From NCBI RefSeq assembly GCF_048593235.1, contig NC_133619.1, forward strand, positions 651,226,558 to 651,290,557: a DNA stretch of 64,000 nucleotides, read 5' to 3'. Below, piece by piece: positions 23,903-41,300 of this stretch (positions are counted from its first letter, which is position 1; the number at the start of each line of letters is the position of its first letter). The notes under the pieces are model-generated. The model was not told the origin of the DNA. It ran no database searches and worked only from the letters and a program-made list of their open reading frames with translations. The translations under genes and the position numbers were made by a program. This DNA is from Sminthopsis crassicaudata. Lineage: Eukaryota.

Positions 23903-24177
23903 GAGGCTCTTTTCAACAATGACACGATTCAGGCCAGTTCCAATGGTCTTGTGATGGAGAGAGCCACCTGCAGCCATATATATAATTGCACATGTTTAAA
24001 ATCTATATATATGTATGTATATAATTGCACATGTTTAAAATCTATTGGATTACTTTCCATCCAAGGGAGGGAATGGGAGGAAGGAGGGAAATTTGGAAGA
24101 CAAGGTTTTGCAAGGGTCAGGGTTGAAAAATTATCCATGCACGTTTTGAAAATAAAAAGCTTTTAATATTTAAAAAA
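23903..24177 (+). mobile_element. L1 3'-end fragment with short internal tandem duplication
   Basis: Matches the L1 3'UTR at 10500-10850; ATATATAATTGCACATGTTTAAAATCTAT-like block occurs twice; AATAAA and tail. Confidence 0.85.
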
Positions 24178-25032
24178 TCTGCGGTGGCTTGGGCTAAACC
24201 CCCTATGAGGTAGTCTCTCCCCATCATGGTGGCGCCTTTCTCCTCACTCTGGTTAGTAGGAGCTGCCAGTCGAGGGCTTATTCCCACTTCAGAGACTATT
24301 TCCTTTCTCCTGGTTAACTGTCTTTTTCCTTGCTAACTACACTCTCCCAACTGGATTTCCTATTTGCTGCTTCTGGCGTCTATTTTACCTTCATGTTGCC
24401 CGTAACCCCTAAAAAAATGCCTTTTGCCCAATGGTCACTGGGAGTTTGTCCCGTTTATTTTGAACTAGGTACGGCCATGACGACCTCAGCACAACCGTCT
24501 CTCGGACGACGTGTCCGGTAGACGCCTTAAGCTCAAGGTGTCTCGCTCGCTTTCTCCTGAACCCCAGCATCACGGGAGCGCGCGGCATCCCCATCCCCCG
24601 GCTGGGAGTCATCCTGGATCGCCCGGCGTTCCCATACATGCGGGCAGTTGTGGAGGACGGTCCATCTCTGCAGGTCCTGCCCAGCACCCCCCTTCTCTGC
24701 CCCGGCCCTGGTCACCTCACATCCGGGCCACCGCAGTAGCTGCTGGGGGTGGAGAGCTGTCTGCCACAAACACCTCCCTCTGTCTCTTCTCCCTTCAACA
24801 GACCCGGCGTCCTGCCTCCCTCAGCAAACTCCAGGGGCTCCCCGTCACCTCCAGGAGCCGAGGCAGCAGGCGCTGGCCTCCGTAATCCGGCCCCTCCCGT
24901 CTCTCCAGTCTTCTTAGGTCTCCCTCCCCAACACACACTCAATCCAATGACATCGGCCCCCGGCTTCTCCCCAACACGACCCTCCCCCCGAGTCTGGAGC
25001 CCCCTCGCTTCCTGTGCCCCCTTCTCAGTCCT

Positions 25033-25090
25033 CGGCACAGGGCCAGGCACACAGTGGTGCTTAATAATTATCTGGTCCATTGGTTGACGT
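25033..25090 (+). mobile_element. MIR/CORE-SINE 3' fragment
   Basis: gcacagggccaggcacacagtggtgcttaataa resembles the MIR tail. Confidence 0.55.
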
Positions 25091-25379
25091 CCGAGTTCCT
25101 CAGCCTCGGGTCTCTGCAGGCCCTGGGCCAGGCGATGGTGAGAGACACTGGGGGGGGGGGGGGCGCTGCGACCGCGCAGGGCCAGTCAGACACAAAATGA
25201 GAGAGGGGCAGAGCTGGGGGGCCGCGGCGCCCAGGCTTTCCCCAGCTTTTAAGTGAGAGGGGAGGAGGGTGTCCCCCCGGCAGGGAGGGAGAGCGGCTGG
25301 ACCGGCGCGGGTCTTCAGAGGAAGGAAGAGGGAGGGAGGAAGGCGGGGAGAGGAAGGGAGGGAAGGAGGGAGAGAGCAG

Positions 25380-25509
25380 GGCGGGGCAGGGAGGCCGGGA
25401 AAGGGGACCAGCCTGGCTCTGACTTCCTCCGCGCCTTCTCCCGTTATTTGGGCTGGGTGGAGAAAGGAGCTTCTGCCTCCAGACCTTCCAGCTGGCCCCA
25501 GAGCCCTCC
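25380..25509 (+). promoter_or_regulatory. Probable EMP3 promoter / non-coding exon 1
   Basis: Strong donor CC|GTAAGT at 25510; ETS-like ACTTCCT ~25421. The EMP3 ATG exon starts with an acceptor at 26101, so it needs an upstream exon. Confidence 0.5.
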
Positions 25510-25869
25510 GTAAGTACGGGCCGGGGGTCGGCGGCCCCTTCCGGGGGACCCCCAGTGGGACAGCCTCTCCCAGGCTCGGGCGGCCAGGGGTGGGCCTCCT
25601 GCCAAAGACCCCAGATTTAGGGTGTGCCCTGGGGATCCAGGCGGCCGCTGCCCGACTCCCACAGGGCCCCCAGAGCCCCGGGCCCGCTTCCCCAGCCCAC
25701 TCTTCCCTCTTGTCCGGGGCTCTCAGAGGACCCGAGTCCCTCTCCCGGCCAGTCCCCCTGCACCCCCCTCCTGCTTCCAGCCCCGCCCTCCGCCCCCCAC
25801 CTCCCGCTCTTCGCCCCGAGCCTCAGGTGCCCACTGGGCGGGAGGGCGCCCGGGCGGGGGCTTCTGGGC

Positions 25870-25886
25870 TGAGTCACAGTGACTCA
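25870..25886. promoter_or_regulatory. Paired AP-1 sites forming a palindrome
   Basis: TGAGTCAC-A-GTGACTCA: two consensus TGA(G/C)TCA sites. Confidence 0.6.
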
Positions 25887-26115
25887 CTGAGCCCCTAGCA
25901 GGGGGTGGGTGCAGGGGACGAGAGCCTGGTGGGTGTGGGGCCCCACCCCCTGAGAGTGGCTGGGAGGAACTAGGTGGGGCAGGTTTCAATCCTAGTATCC
26001 CAGGGCCCGGGAGGGGGCAGCGGCCAACCCACCCCATCCACCCCTGAGGGGTCCATCCCCCCCACGCCCCGCGGTGCCAGCCCCGCTCTCTCCGCCCGCA
26101 GACCCCGTGGGCGCC

Positions 26116-27654
26116 ATGTCCCTGCTCCTCGTGGCCGTGTCCGCCCTGCACGTCCTCATCCTCATCCTGCTCTTCGTGGCCACCCTGGACAAGGTGAGAG
26201 CGCGGCGGCCCCTTCTCCTCCGCCCGGCAGGCTTCCTTAATGCCCCCGCGGGCGGCAGCGCCAAATGCCCAGAGACAAAACTCTGCCCCGGGGGGAGCGC
26301 CCGTGCGGATCCGGGCCCAGGGACAGAGGCGCCGGGGGAGGTGGCCGAGAGTCCGGGAGGGGCTAAGTCCCCCCAGGCCCAGTTCCCTTCCAGGTAGCTC
26401 TGCCCCCCCCCCCCCCCCCCCGGCCCTGCCCCTCCACTATCTGACTTGTGCTTTTGGATCCCAACGGGCCTCAGTCGTGGTGGATCCTCCCTGGCAATGA
26501 CTCACTGAACCTCTGGAAGGAGTGTCTGAGCTACTCGAACCAGTCGGTCCCCGAGATCTGGGTGTGCAGCAACGTCAGTGAGAACGGTGAGCGCCCCCGG
26601 CCCCTCCCCCCCCATCCAGGAGCCAGCGAGGGGAGAAGCGGGCATGGGCCCCCGCCTGTCCCGGGGGGCTTGGCCACCCCCCCACGCCCTGTCCCCCATG
26701 GCTAAGGTGCCCCCCCCACAGGCTGGCTGAAGGCGGTCCAGGCGCTCATGGTGCTGTCCCTGGTGTTCTGCTGCCTCTCCTTCGTGCTCTTCATGTTCCA
26801 GCTGTACAACATGAAGCGCGGGGGCCTCTTCTACGCCACGGGCGTCTGCCAGCTCTGCACCAGTGAGTGCCCGGGGTCACCGGGGAGCGGGCACAAGGCA
26901 GGGGCACAGGGCAGGGAGCACTGGGGTCACCGGGGAGCGGGTATGGGGTAGGGGGCACTGGGGTCACCGGGGAGCGGGCATGGGGCAGGGGGCACTGGGG
27001 TCACCAAGGAGCAGGCACAAGACAGGGGCATGGGGCACAGGGGTCACCGGGGAGCGGGTATGGGGTAGGGGGCACTGGGGTCCCCGAGGAGCGGGCACAA
27101 GGTGAGGGCATGGGGCAAGGGGCACAGGGCAGGGAGCACTGGGGTCACCAAGGAGCAGGCACAAGACAGGGGCATGGGGCACAGGGGTCACCGGGGAGCA
27201 GGCATGGGATGGGGGCACTGGGGTCACCTAGGAGTGGGCACAAGGTGAGGGCATGGGGCAAGGGGCACAGGGGTCACCGGGGAGCAGGCACGGGATGGGG
27301 GCACAGGGGCCACCAGGGAGCGGGCACGGGGTGGGGGCACAGGGGTCACCGGGGAGCAGGCACGGGGTGGGGGCACAGGGGCCACCAAGGAGCAGGCACG
27401 GGGTGGGGGCACAGGGGTGCCAGGCCCTGGCCGCCCGATGGGGCCCCGGGGCACAGGGGGCCCAGCTGATTCCCTCTGCCCTGTCCCCCACAGGTGTGTC
27501 AGTGTTCACCGGGGCCCTCATCTACGCCCTGCACGTCCGGGAGTTCCACCATCCCGACGGCTCCTTCGGCTACTGCTTCGCCCTGGCCTGGGTGGCGTTT
27601 CCCCTGGCACTGGCCAGCGGCATCATTTACATCCACTTGAGGAAGCGAGAGTGA
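26116..27654 (+). CDS. EMP3: Epithelial membrane protein 3 (PMP22/EMP/claudin family), 163 aa
   Basis: join(26116-26193, 26475-26586, 26722-26862, 27494-27654) = 492 nt; MSLLLVAVSALHVLILILLFVATLDK ... FGYCFALAWVAFPLALASGIIYIHLRKRE. Confidence 0.97.
26874..27420. repeat. Degenerate ~37-bp G-rich minisatellite filling most of the last EMP3 intron
   Basis: Recurring GGGGTCACCGGGGAGCGGGCATGGGG...GGGGCAC modules. Confidence 0.85.
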
Positions 27655-27883
27655 CCGCCCGCGCCGGCCCCACCAGCCCTGCCTTCCTAAGCTCCCCGCC
27701 CCGGTGGGCCCTGACCCCGGACCCTCAGTCTCTTGCTCTGCGCAATGGGCGAGTAAGCAGCAGCTTTTGCGGCACTTCCCGCCCCGGGCACTCGGCGCTC
27801 CGGCCGGGCCGGGGGTCAAGGACTCATTCCAAATCCAGCCTCCGGCCCCTCCTGGCCGTGGGGCCCTAGGCACGTCACCGAAC

Positions 27884-28026
27884 CCATCTGCCCCAGTTTC
27901 CCCAACTGTAAAATGGGAACAGCACCTTCCTCCTCCCCAGGTCGTTGCAAGAATGGAATGAAATCATATCTGTCAAGTGCTCAGCAGGTGCCTGCACACA
28001 GCAGGCGCTTTATAAATGCTTACTCC
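27884..28026 (+). mobile_element. MIR/CORE-SINE core + 3' tail
   Basis: cccagtttccccaactgtaaaatggg ... gtgcctgcacacagcaggcgctttataaatgct matches the MIR core and tail. Confidence 0.85.
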
Positions 28027-28264
28027 CCCAGCTCCAACAGCCTCTGTCTAAGGTCCGTGGGGCGGCAGGGCCCTGCCCTTTGGCCCCGGGTGCGCAGTCC
28101 CGTCCAGGCGCCTCCGTAACCGGAAGGACCAGGGGGAAAGGGCCCAGAGGTGCCTCCGGCCGCGTCCCGGGGAGAGGATGCAGAAGTGACGGCCCAAGCC
28201 CACCCCTGGGCCGCCCCAGGGGTCCCCGCCCTGCCCCCACACTGGAGACCCCACGTAAACAGGA

Positions 28265-28270
28265 TTTATT
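28265..28270 (-). terminator. Polyadenylation signal AATAAA for TMEM143
   Basis: TTTATT ~180 nt past the TMEM143 stop. Confidence 0.75.
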
Positions 28271-28452
28271 TCTTTGGGCAGCCGGAGGCCAGTCGGGGCA
28301 GGGACGGATATTGCACATGGGGGCGAGGGGCGGAGCCAGAGGTAGCATGGGCACGGGCTGGTAGAGGAAGGCTCGGGCCCTGGGGGCGGCCCGGTGGCAG
28401 TGGGGATCGGGGCCGCCGCCCCTCCCCCGCCGGGGCCCCTCCGCCAGGAACC

Positions 28453-33641
<5,189 letters not shown>

Positions 33642-33914
33642 CTATTTGTCCCTCAAGGGACAACGGGGTTCCCGAGCTCCGCCCACGGCCTGCCTCAGCC
33701 CTTCTCTCCCGCACCCCACGCGGCACCAAATCAGGGGTCAAAGGTTACGAGGTGGACACGCTTCCCCCACAGCGTCCCCTCTGGGTTGGGACGGAGCCCG
33801 GACGGCTGTTTCGGAAATGGGTTTGAATACATCTTAGAAACCCAGGGGGTCGCCCCAAAATTTGCATTAAGAGTGCACCCCCCCGCCCCAGAAAGGTTTT
33901 CCCTCCCCCTCACC

Positions 33915-33935
33915 TTAGGAAGGTTTGGCTGTCAT
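33915..33935 (-). other. 6-codon upstream ORF (MTAKPS*) in TMEM143 exon 1
   Basis: ATG ACA GCC AAA CCT TCC TAA G|GTGAGG. The donor at 33913 splices in frame to the exon-2 acceptor at 33515. Confidence 0.7.
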
Positions 33936-33939
33936 TGAG

Positions 33940-34440
33940 CCTGGCGCACATGCGCAGGGCCAAGAAGCCCGGGGCTCCAGGTGCCACTTTATTCGAGGAG
34001 CGACGCATGCGCGGGGTTGAGGGTGCAGTTTTGCCTCCTGAGGTGGTTTCCTGTGCTACGCATGCGCCTACGTGGAGGGGCGGGGGGAGGAGTTGGGTGA
34101 GTGAAGGCATTCTGGGGAGTGAGCTCAGACTATTTCCTCAAGGGACTTTCCTGGCGAGGGAAGGGGAAGAGTAGGTAAAGTTCGGTTGCTGAACGCATGC
34201 GCGCACAGCAGACGATGATTCAGAGGCGCGCGGCAGGGCTCGTGCACGCCTCAGGCCAACGGCTTCCGAGGCCCCGCCCCCATCCCTCAATGAGAGGGCG
34301 TGTGTCGGGGGGGCGGGGTCTCCTTTCGGCCAATAGGCTTTCGACGCGCGGAGAGGAAAAGGCGGGAAAAAGGCGGGTCTTGGGGAGAAAGCTGCTGGGA
34401 CAGGGAGGTGGGGGGGAGGGGCAAGAGGGAAGGTGAGGGG
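33940..34440. promoter_or_regulatory. Bidirectional TMEM143/SYNGR4 CpG promoter
   Basis: NRF1 cores CGCATGCGC at 34004, 34059 and 34194; CCAAT 34330; GC boxes; head-to-head gene arrangement. Confidence 0.75.
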
Positions 34441-34449
34441 GAGGACCCC

Positions 34450-35170
34450 CCACTTCTGAGGGGAGACCCCAGTTCTTGAGGAAATATCCCCCCATTTCAC
34501 GAGGCTTCGCTCCATTCTGAGACTATACCCTGTCCCGTTTCAGAGGAGTTTCCCCCAAATCTGAGGGGGAGACCCCCCTTTCCTAAGGAGAGTCCCTCCC
34601 CCGATTCTGAGCAGCCCCTCCAGTTCTGAGGGAAGACCACAGTTCTCAGAGGAGATACCCCTGGTTCTGAGGTGGAGACCCACATCTTCTGAGGAAATTC
34701 CATCCCAAGATGACAGGGAGACCTCCCGTTTCCTGACAAAAGCCCCCCAGATTCTGAGGAGATAACCCCACAGTTCTAAAAGAAAAGCCAGACCCCCCAC
34801 TTTTGTGGGGAGATTCCCCCAGTTCCAAGGGGGGATCTGCTAGCATGAGGGAGAGGTCCTTCTGGAGCAGGCTTTCTGCGCCCCCCAGCCTCAGATCATT
34901 CCGAAGGAAAGCTTGCTCCGGAGAGAACTGGGCAGGAAATCCCCCATTTTTGAGAGAGTGCCCTCAAACGTCCCCTGAGTACCCTCTGCCTCGGCTCTGG
35001 GGCCGAGTCCCCGCACTGAGGTGAAGACGCCCCTCCAGCATTAAGTCCCCACTTTGGAAGGGCAGACCACCATTTCTGAAGGGAAAGCCCTTTATTCTGA
35101 AAAGCTTATCCACCAATTTGGGGAGACTCGTTAAGAAGAGGTATCCCTCACCCCATTCTGAAGAGATAGC
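34450..35170. repeat. Degenerate ~20-bp repeat in the SYNGR4 5' intron
   Basis: Recurring CCCAGTTCTGAGG(G)AGA..CCCC modules. Confidence 0.6.
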
Positions 35171-35380
35171 CTCAGTTCTGTGGTGGGTACTCCCCATCCC
35201 ATCCTGGGGCTCCTGGCCTCCTCCCCCTCCTCCTCCCCCTCCTCCTTCCCGCTCCAGTGCCCCATTCAGCCGGGCGTGACCTTTGCTCCTTCTCTCTTTC
35301 TGCCGTGCCCCCAGTTTGGCCATCTGTGTCCGAGCGACGGGAAGAGCCGCGTCTCCCGCGCCACCTGGAGAAGGGCCGAC

Positions 35381-38300
35381 ATGTACGTGCCCGAGAGCCT
35401 CCACGACCTGGCCGATAGCGAGGTGGTCCAGTTTGTGAAGAAGCCCAAGACCCTATCGCGGATCTTTGCTGGGGTGAGGCCCCCGGCCCGGCCTAACGGT
35501 ACCCGGGGCTTCTCCGGGAGCGACGCGCCCGCCTTGCGGGGCGGCCGCAGGTTTACAAGGAAGGTCTGGGAGGCGAGTCCCCCAAGCCCTTGCCTTCTCG
35601 GGCCGCCCAAGATACCCCTGGGTTGGGGCCCCAGTAGGGGCCGCGTGCTGGTTGCCCTGCCTGCCTTACCAGACTTGGTAAACCATCAAGCGCCACGCAA
35701 AGGTGGGTTCATGTTTGTGTGGAGTAAAGGAAGGACCGCCGGGCGCCCCCGTGTCGTCCAGAGCCGGTAGGCCAGGCCCGCTTCCTCGGTCCTTTTCTGC
35801 TGGGATCGCTGAGGCGGGAGGCAGGTCGGAGCGATTGGGTGGAGTGAGTTTACCCAGATCTGAGCCAAGCCTCGGGCTCTAGTGTGGACAGGATGGAAAG
35901 GTGGGGGGCTCGTGGCAGTGCTGCCGGGTGGCCAAGCTCCACGGCTGGCGGAGCACTTGGCGAGGCTTGGAAGGCAGTCATTCAGAGCTTGAGGAGCCCT
36001 CGGAAAGGCCGAGAGCGGCTCTGGGCATTTTGGGTGTCTGTTAAGTGGGCCCTAATGCCAGAGAGAGCCGAGGGAAAGGATGGCCAACGGTCAGATGGCA
36101 GCCAGAATGCCCCCCTCTCTGCAGGCTCTGCAGGTGGGATCCTTGATGAACCTATCAGCAGGACAAGCATTGGCTACACAGACCCCCGGTAAGCCCTACC
36201 CTAAAGGGCTCTAAGTCAGAGCATCCGCAGAGGGGGCCGGACGGGCCGCCTGGAGAGGCCCGAAGGCAGCTTGGGGAGAAGGATGATGGGAAGTAAGCCC
36301 GGATTGGAAAGAAGATGGGAACTGTGGGAATGGACAAGAGATTTGTCAAGAGATTTTCTATGTTTGGGAACCCGTGGCGTCTGTTTAGGGGATAGTCTGG
36401 AGGAGAAGCTGGGCCAGCTTTGGTCGTGACCACACTTTGGCAGCTGAGGACGGGGGAGGGAGGACCGCAATGGAGAGGGACCACCGGCGAGAGTTTTAAA
36501 GTGACTCGGGTGGCGCGTGATCGGAGCCCGGATTGGAGGGATGTGGACAAGAGGCATCGAGGAGAGGGGGAGTTGGAGAAAGGCGTGGGCAGGGAGCCAG
36601 AGATGGGGAAAGTGGAGGACGGCAGCACGAAGGGAGTGCCCACGATGGAAGGAGGGACTTGGAGAAGCAGGGCCAAGACAGAGGAGCTTCAGAGGCCCCC
36701 ACAAGGTCCGGTTTGGAACCTCCGACAGCAGGCGCTGCTGGGACCTGGAGCCTGGACGCGGACTGGCGCTCCATAAATAAGAAACACCTGGGAGTCGTCT
36801 GCAGAGGGAGAGTAAAGGAAGAAGGATGAAAGGCCGGGCCGGGCCTTGAGGGATGCCCGGCGGGAAGGACGCCGAGCCCAGCAGGCCAGAAGGAGTGAGG
36901 AGAACCAAGAGTCCTAAAGAGCCGGAGGAGGGAGAGTCTGGAGGAGGAGAAGGGGCTCAAGCTGCAGGGGGTCAAGAGGAAGCCGCCGGGGATCGTTGCC
37001 AGTTCGGGGTCTGGCCTGGAACGCTGAGGTCAGGAAGCAGACTGCAGAGCTCTGGAGGCAAGCGAAAGGCAGCTTTTTGTGGGAGCTGAGCGAATCGGGG
37101 GACAGAGATGTAGGGCAAGAGCTGGCAGGCGCCCACGGAGGGGGGGTAAGGCCTGGCGAGACTTGGGCAGCTTTGTAGACAGCGGGGAGGGAGCCAGGAG
37201 ACACAAAGAGATGGAAGATAATTGAGAGAGGGAGGATGGGGGGGGGGGGGAGGGAAGAAACCCAGAGCAAATGGAGGGGAGCGGCCGAGGCAGAAACGAG
37301 GGGGGAGGCGTGAAGTCAGAGGAATGGGGGCTGAGGGCGGGGGAGGGCACTGGCTTCCATCTCCAGGGAAGGAGGAGGAAGCTCAAGGAGGGAAAAGGCT
37401 GACCCAGGGAGATGGGCCGGCATTGTGTTCCAGCGAGCCCGTGCTCCCGGGTTCGTGATCTCCTCAGGCCCATTCAGCAGCGCGTGGGGCGGGGAAGGGA
37501 GGCAGATGGCTGGCACGAGGCAGCCTGCGAGTTGGCAAGGGGCGATCCCCGCAAGTCACGGTCCTCGGGGCCAGGGCATAGAGTCTTACTGGGTCACCCA
37601 CCGGCCAAGGCTGGGAAGAGGCCTTTGGAGAAGGAGGAAGGAAGGAGGCCAGGCCAGGGGAGGGGCAGAGCATGGACAAAGCGCCCAGGGCGGGGGGCAC
37701 TCTGACGTGGAAGTGGAGAGCCCGGGCTGCACCCATAGTCCTGACGAGCGGCAGCTGGGTGTGGGGGAGTCCGGGGAGTGGGAGCAGTCGGGCTGGAGGG
37801 GAAGCCTGGGAGCCGGACAAGCCGGGACGGGGGCCCGGGGAGACCCAGAAATCTGGACGGAGTGAGGGGGCTGGAGAGGGCTGAGAGGAGGCCAAGCCTG
37901 GCCTGGACCTGGCCCGAACCGGCTCAGAGAGGCTGGGAAGATGGGGGGAGCCGGGAGGAAGAGGCTAGTTGGGCTGGTGAGCAGCAGGAGCTGCGGGAGG
38001 AACCGGGACACTAAGGGCAGGGGAGGGGCCCCGATAAAGGCGGGTCCAAAGTCCCAGGGTTGTGCAGCCCGCTGTCAGCTGCCGGGCACACCCTACTGCT
38101 AGTTGGGCACACCCAGCATATGGTGCCCCGGCCACGTCGCCAGAGAGAGGAGGAGATGGGAAGGGCTTTTCCTTAGCTGAGCCTGTGCCGAAGACCACCA
38201 TAAGCAGGGCTTGGCTGCCCCGGGCCTCGGGCCAGTCCCCCGCAACCCAACATGGGCCATGGGTGGGCAGCCTCCGAGCATAAGGAGAGCCGGAGCTCTG

Positions 38301-41300
38301 GGCACCAGAGAGTGCCAGGAACACAGCAGCTCTTTGATAGGTGCCCACTGGGCATTTGAAAAAGAGCTGGAGCTCTGAGTGGACTGCGGGGAGCAGGGAG
38401 TGCTGGGGGACCTGCTGCCTTCACAGACTCCCTGCAGCCCCAGAGCAGCCAGGCTTCTGAGACTGCGCGTCGGAGCCGGGCACCAGGGCAGCGAAGGGCA
38501 GGGGCCTTGGCCCGGCCGGCCCAGCCCCGAGGGGAGCAGACGGGCATTCCCCCCTTCCCTTAGATGCCGACGCTGATTTAGGGGGAACTGAATCAAATTA
38601 AACCTGGCCTGGGGTCCCCTGCCCTCAGGCTGTCTCCCAGGAGGCTGAGCGTGTAGCTCACATTACAGATAAGGGAACCAAGGCCCCAAGAAGACAGACT
38701 CGTGCCAGCCAATGAGCACGTGGCTCTTTGCACTTTGCTGCTCGCTGCCACGTTCTTGGGGAGCCCCTCCGAGCATCCCCACTTGGGATTAGGAACAGGA
38801 AAGGGGAGAGGCCCGGGTTTTGGGGAGTCCGGGGCACATTCTGGGCAGAGGGAGAAGCGGTCTCTGGAGGAAGCAGCCCGACTTTGGGGTGACTGACCCT
38901 GGCAACAATTCAGAGCCGGCAGGGGCCTTCTGCCAGCCCAGCAGGTGGCCACACACAAAGCTCTCCATGCTTGCCGCCCTCGTTTGTCCGAGGGGACCGT
39001 CCGGGCACTTTTTACCCCCTTGGGTCCAGATGAGTCCCCAATCTACGCAGCGCCCTTCGCCTCCCTGGTGTCAACCTCGGGGCCCGTCACGTGATGGATA
39101 GCTGAGCAAGGCTGGTTCTGGGCCGGGCTGCTTGTGGGAGCCAGTGGGGCACGGCCAGGGGGGCACCATCTGTCAATCCGCTGCCAAGCATGAGGCCCTG
39201 AACATCTGAGGCAAAAATTAAAGGGCCCCTGTCCTGCTGGAGGGCGCAGATTGTAGCGGGGTGAGGAGGGCCCTCAGAGCAGCCTGGCGGCTCCTCCCAG
39301 GGAGTTTGTGGCCCGGGGCCGGAGGAAATGAGAAGGACCTGGTCCACCCTGAACTACTGGAGCTCAGCCGGGCCCTCGCTGCCGCATGGCAATCTGACCC
39401 TCCCGAATTAATGGCCACTTCTGCCTCCACAGCGACTTTCATCTTCCTTCAGGCGTCCCTCCGAGGGGCAGTGGACAGAGCACCAGCCCTGAAGTCAGGA
39501 GGACCCGAGTTCAAATCTGGTCTCAGACACTTAACACCTCCTGGCTCTGTGACCCTGGGCAAGTCACTTAGCCCCAGTTGCCTCAGCAAAATCAAACCAA
39601 CGTCTCTGAGAACCTGACCCCTGGCTTCCCTTTCACGGCAGAGCCCCTTCATCTCCGCTGTCAGCGGGCCTTCCGGCCCTCCTCAGCCCCCCTAGCTCCA
39701 AGGGGCGCTCCGGGCCTCCCTTTGGTCCTTAAAGCGCGGGCCTCCTGCTTCCTGTCTCTGCCTCCTGCCTCCGGCCTGCTTTCTGCAAGGGGCCTTTCCT
39801 GGTCCGTCCTCGCCTCAGCCCCTTCCCTTGGAGATGGCCCCGTCTCGACTCGGGTACACGCTGGCCACCAGGCTGAGCAAACTCTGCCTGGCACACAGTG
39901 GGTGCTTCAGGAGGAGGGCTGCTGTGCCCAGAGCGGCGGGAGGCACCTTTGGAGCAGAAGTCATGGGAGAGGCGGGTCCGGGAGCTCGGCCTCAGAGTCG
40001 CTGCTCCAGCCAGGTCCTGGCCCTGCCGCGGGAGCTCTGACACACGGAGCTAGAAGGTGGGGCCTGCACAGATCCCTGGCGCTCTGAGGTCAGTGCCAAG
40101 GGCGGGCGCTGTCCCGGCGCTCTGGGGAGACTCGGGATGCCACAAATCGCCAGGGCTGGCCGCGAAGCCTGAGGCCGTGGGGACGTCTGGAGGAAAAGGG
40201 GCGGCCCGGCCCTTCCCTCAGGGTCCCCAGAAACCTTCCAGTTCCCCTTGTCTCTCCACCTTCAACCTCTGCCCTGGGGGAAGGAAAGGCTGGAGTGGAG
40301 GCCGGTGCTGCAGCAAAAGGACCCGGGGAGGGGGGAGAGGTGCCCCTGGGAGTGCCGATGACCCCTGGGGAGGCCCGTGACCCCCAGGGAGTGCTTCACC
40401 CTCAGCTCCCGCTCCCTCCAGGTCTTCTCGCTCATTGTTTTTGCCACGCTGCTGACGGATGGCTACCAGAACCTGGCCACCTCCCCGCAGCTGCACTGCG
40501 TCCTCAATGACAACGCAGTGGCCTGCAGCTTCGCGGTGGTGGCGGGCCTCCTGGCCTTCCTGGGCTGCCTCCTCTTCCTCACCCTGGACACCCTGGTGGC
40601 CCGCATCAGCAGTACCCGCCTGAAGACCACGGTCTTGCTGCTGGATTTCTCCATCTCTGGTAGGGGCTCTGGCTCGGCCTGGGCTGCTCAGAGCGGGGCC
40701 CGAGACCAAGCACGTCACTGCTCCCCCGGTGTAAAGATGAGCTTGAGGGGAATGGGGGGCTTGGGACCCCCGCGAGCTCAAGGCCAGGGCGGGCGGCCTT
40801 GGGGACCCCAGGGACCCCCACAAGCACAAGGCCGAGGCGGGCGGCCTGACTGGCCCAGGCGGTCCTGACCCCTGCCCCCTCTGCTCTGCCAGTCATCTGG
40901 GTCGGAGTCTGGTTCGTGGGCTTTTGTTTCCTGGCCAACCAATGGCAGCGCTCGCCCCCTCACCGCTACCTTCTGGGCAACAGCAGCGCCAAGGCGGCCA
41001 TCGCCTTCTCCTTCTTCTCCATCCCTGTGTGGGTAAGACCGGGGCGGGGGCCCGGGGCGGGACGAGACCCTGAGTGTGTGGGGGAGGCTCAGAATTGTGC
41101 CGGGCTTCACGGGGCGGCAGGAGCGGGGGGCAGAGGGCCCGTTTTTGAAGCGCGGCCCCCTAGTGCCCCCCAGCCCGGGGGATTGGCCGCGGCCCCGCTG
41201 ACCCGTGGTTCGTTCTGCCCACAGATGGCCCTGGCCTACCTGGCACTCCAGGACCTCCGCAGCGACCCACCCGTCCCCTACAAGCGCTCCCTGGATGAGG

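Noticed and set aside
39086-39095. GTCACGTGAT CLEAR/USF-like E-box
   Set aside because: Isolated, mid-intron, no supporting promoter features.
40105-40125. REST/RE1-like GGCGCTGTCC in a SYNGR4 intron
   Set aside because: Only one half-site is good; the spacer and second half do not fit.
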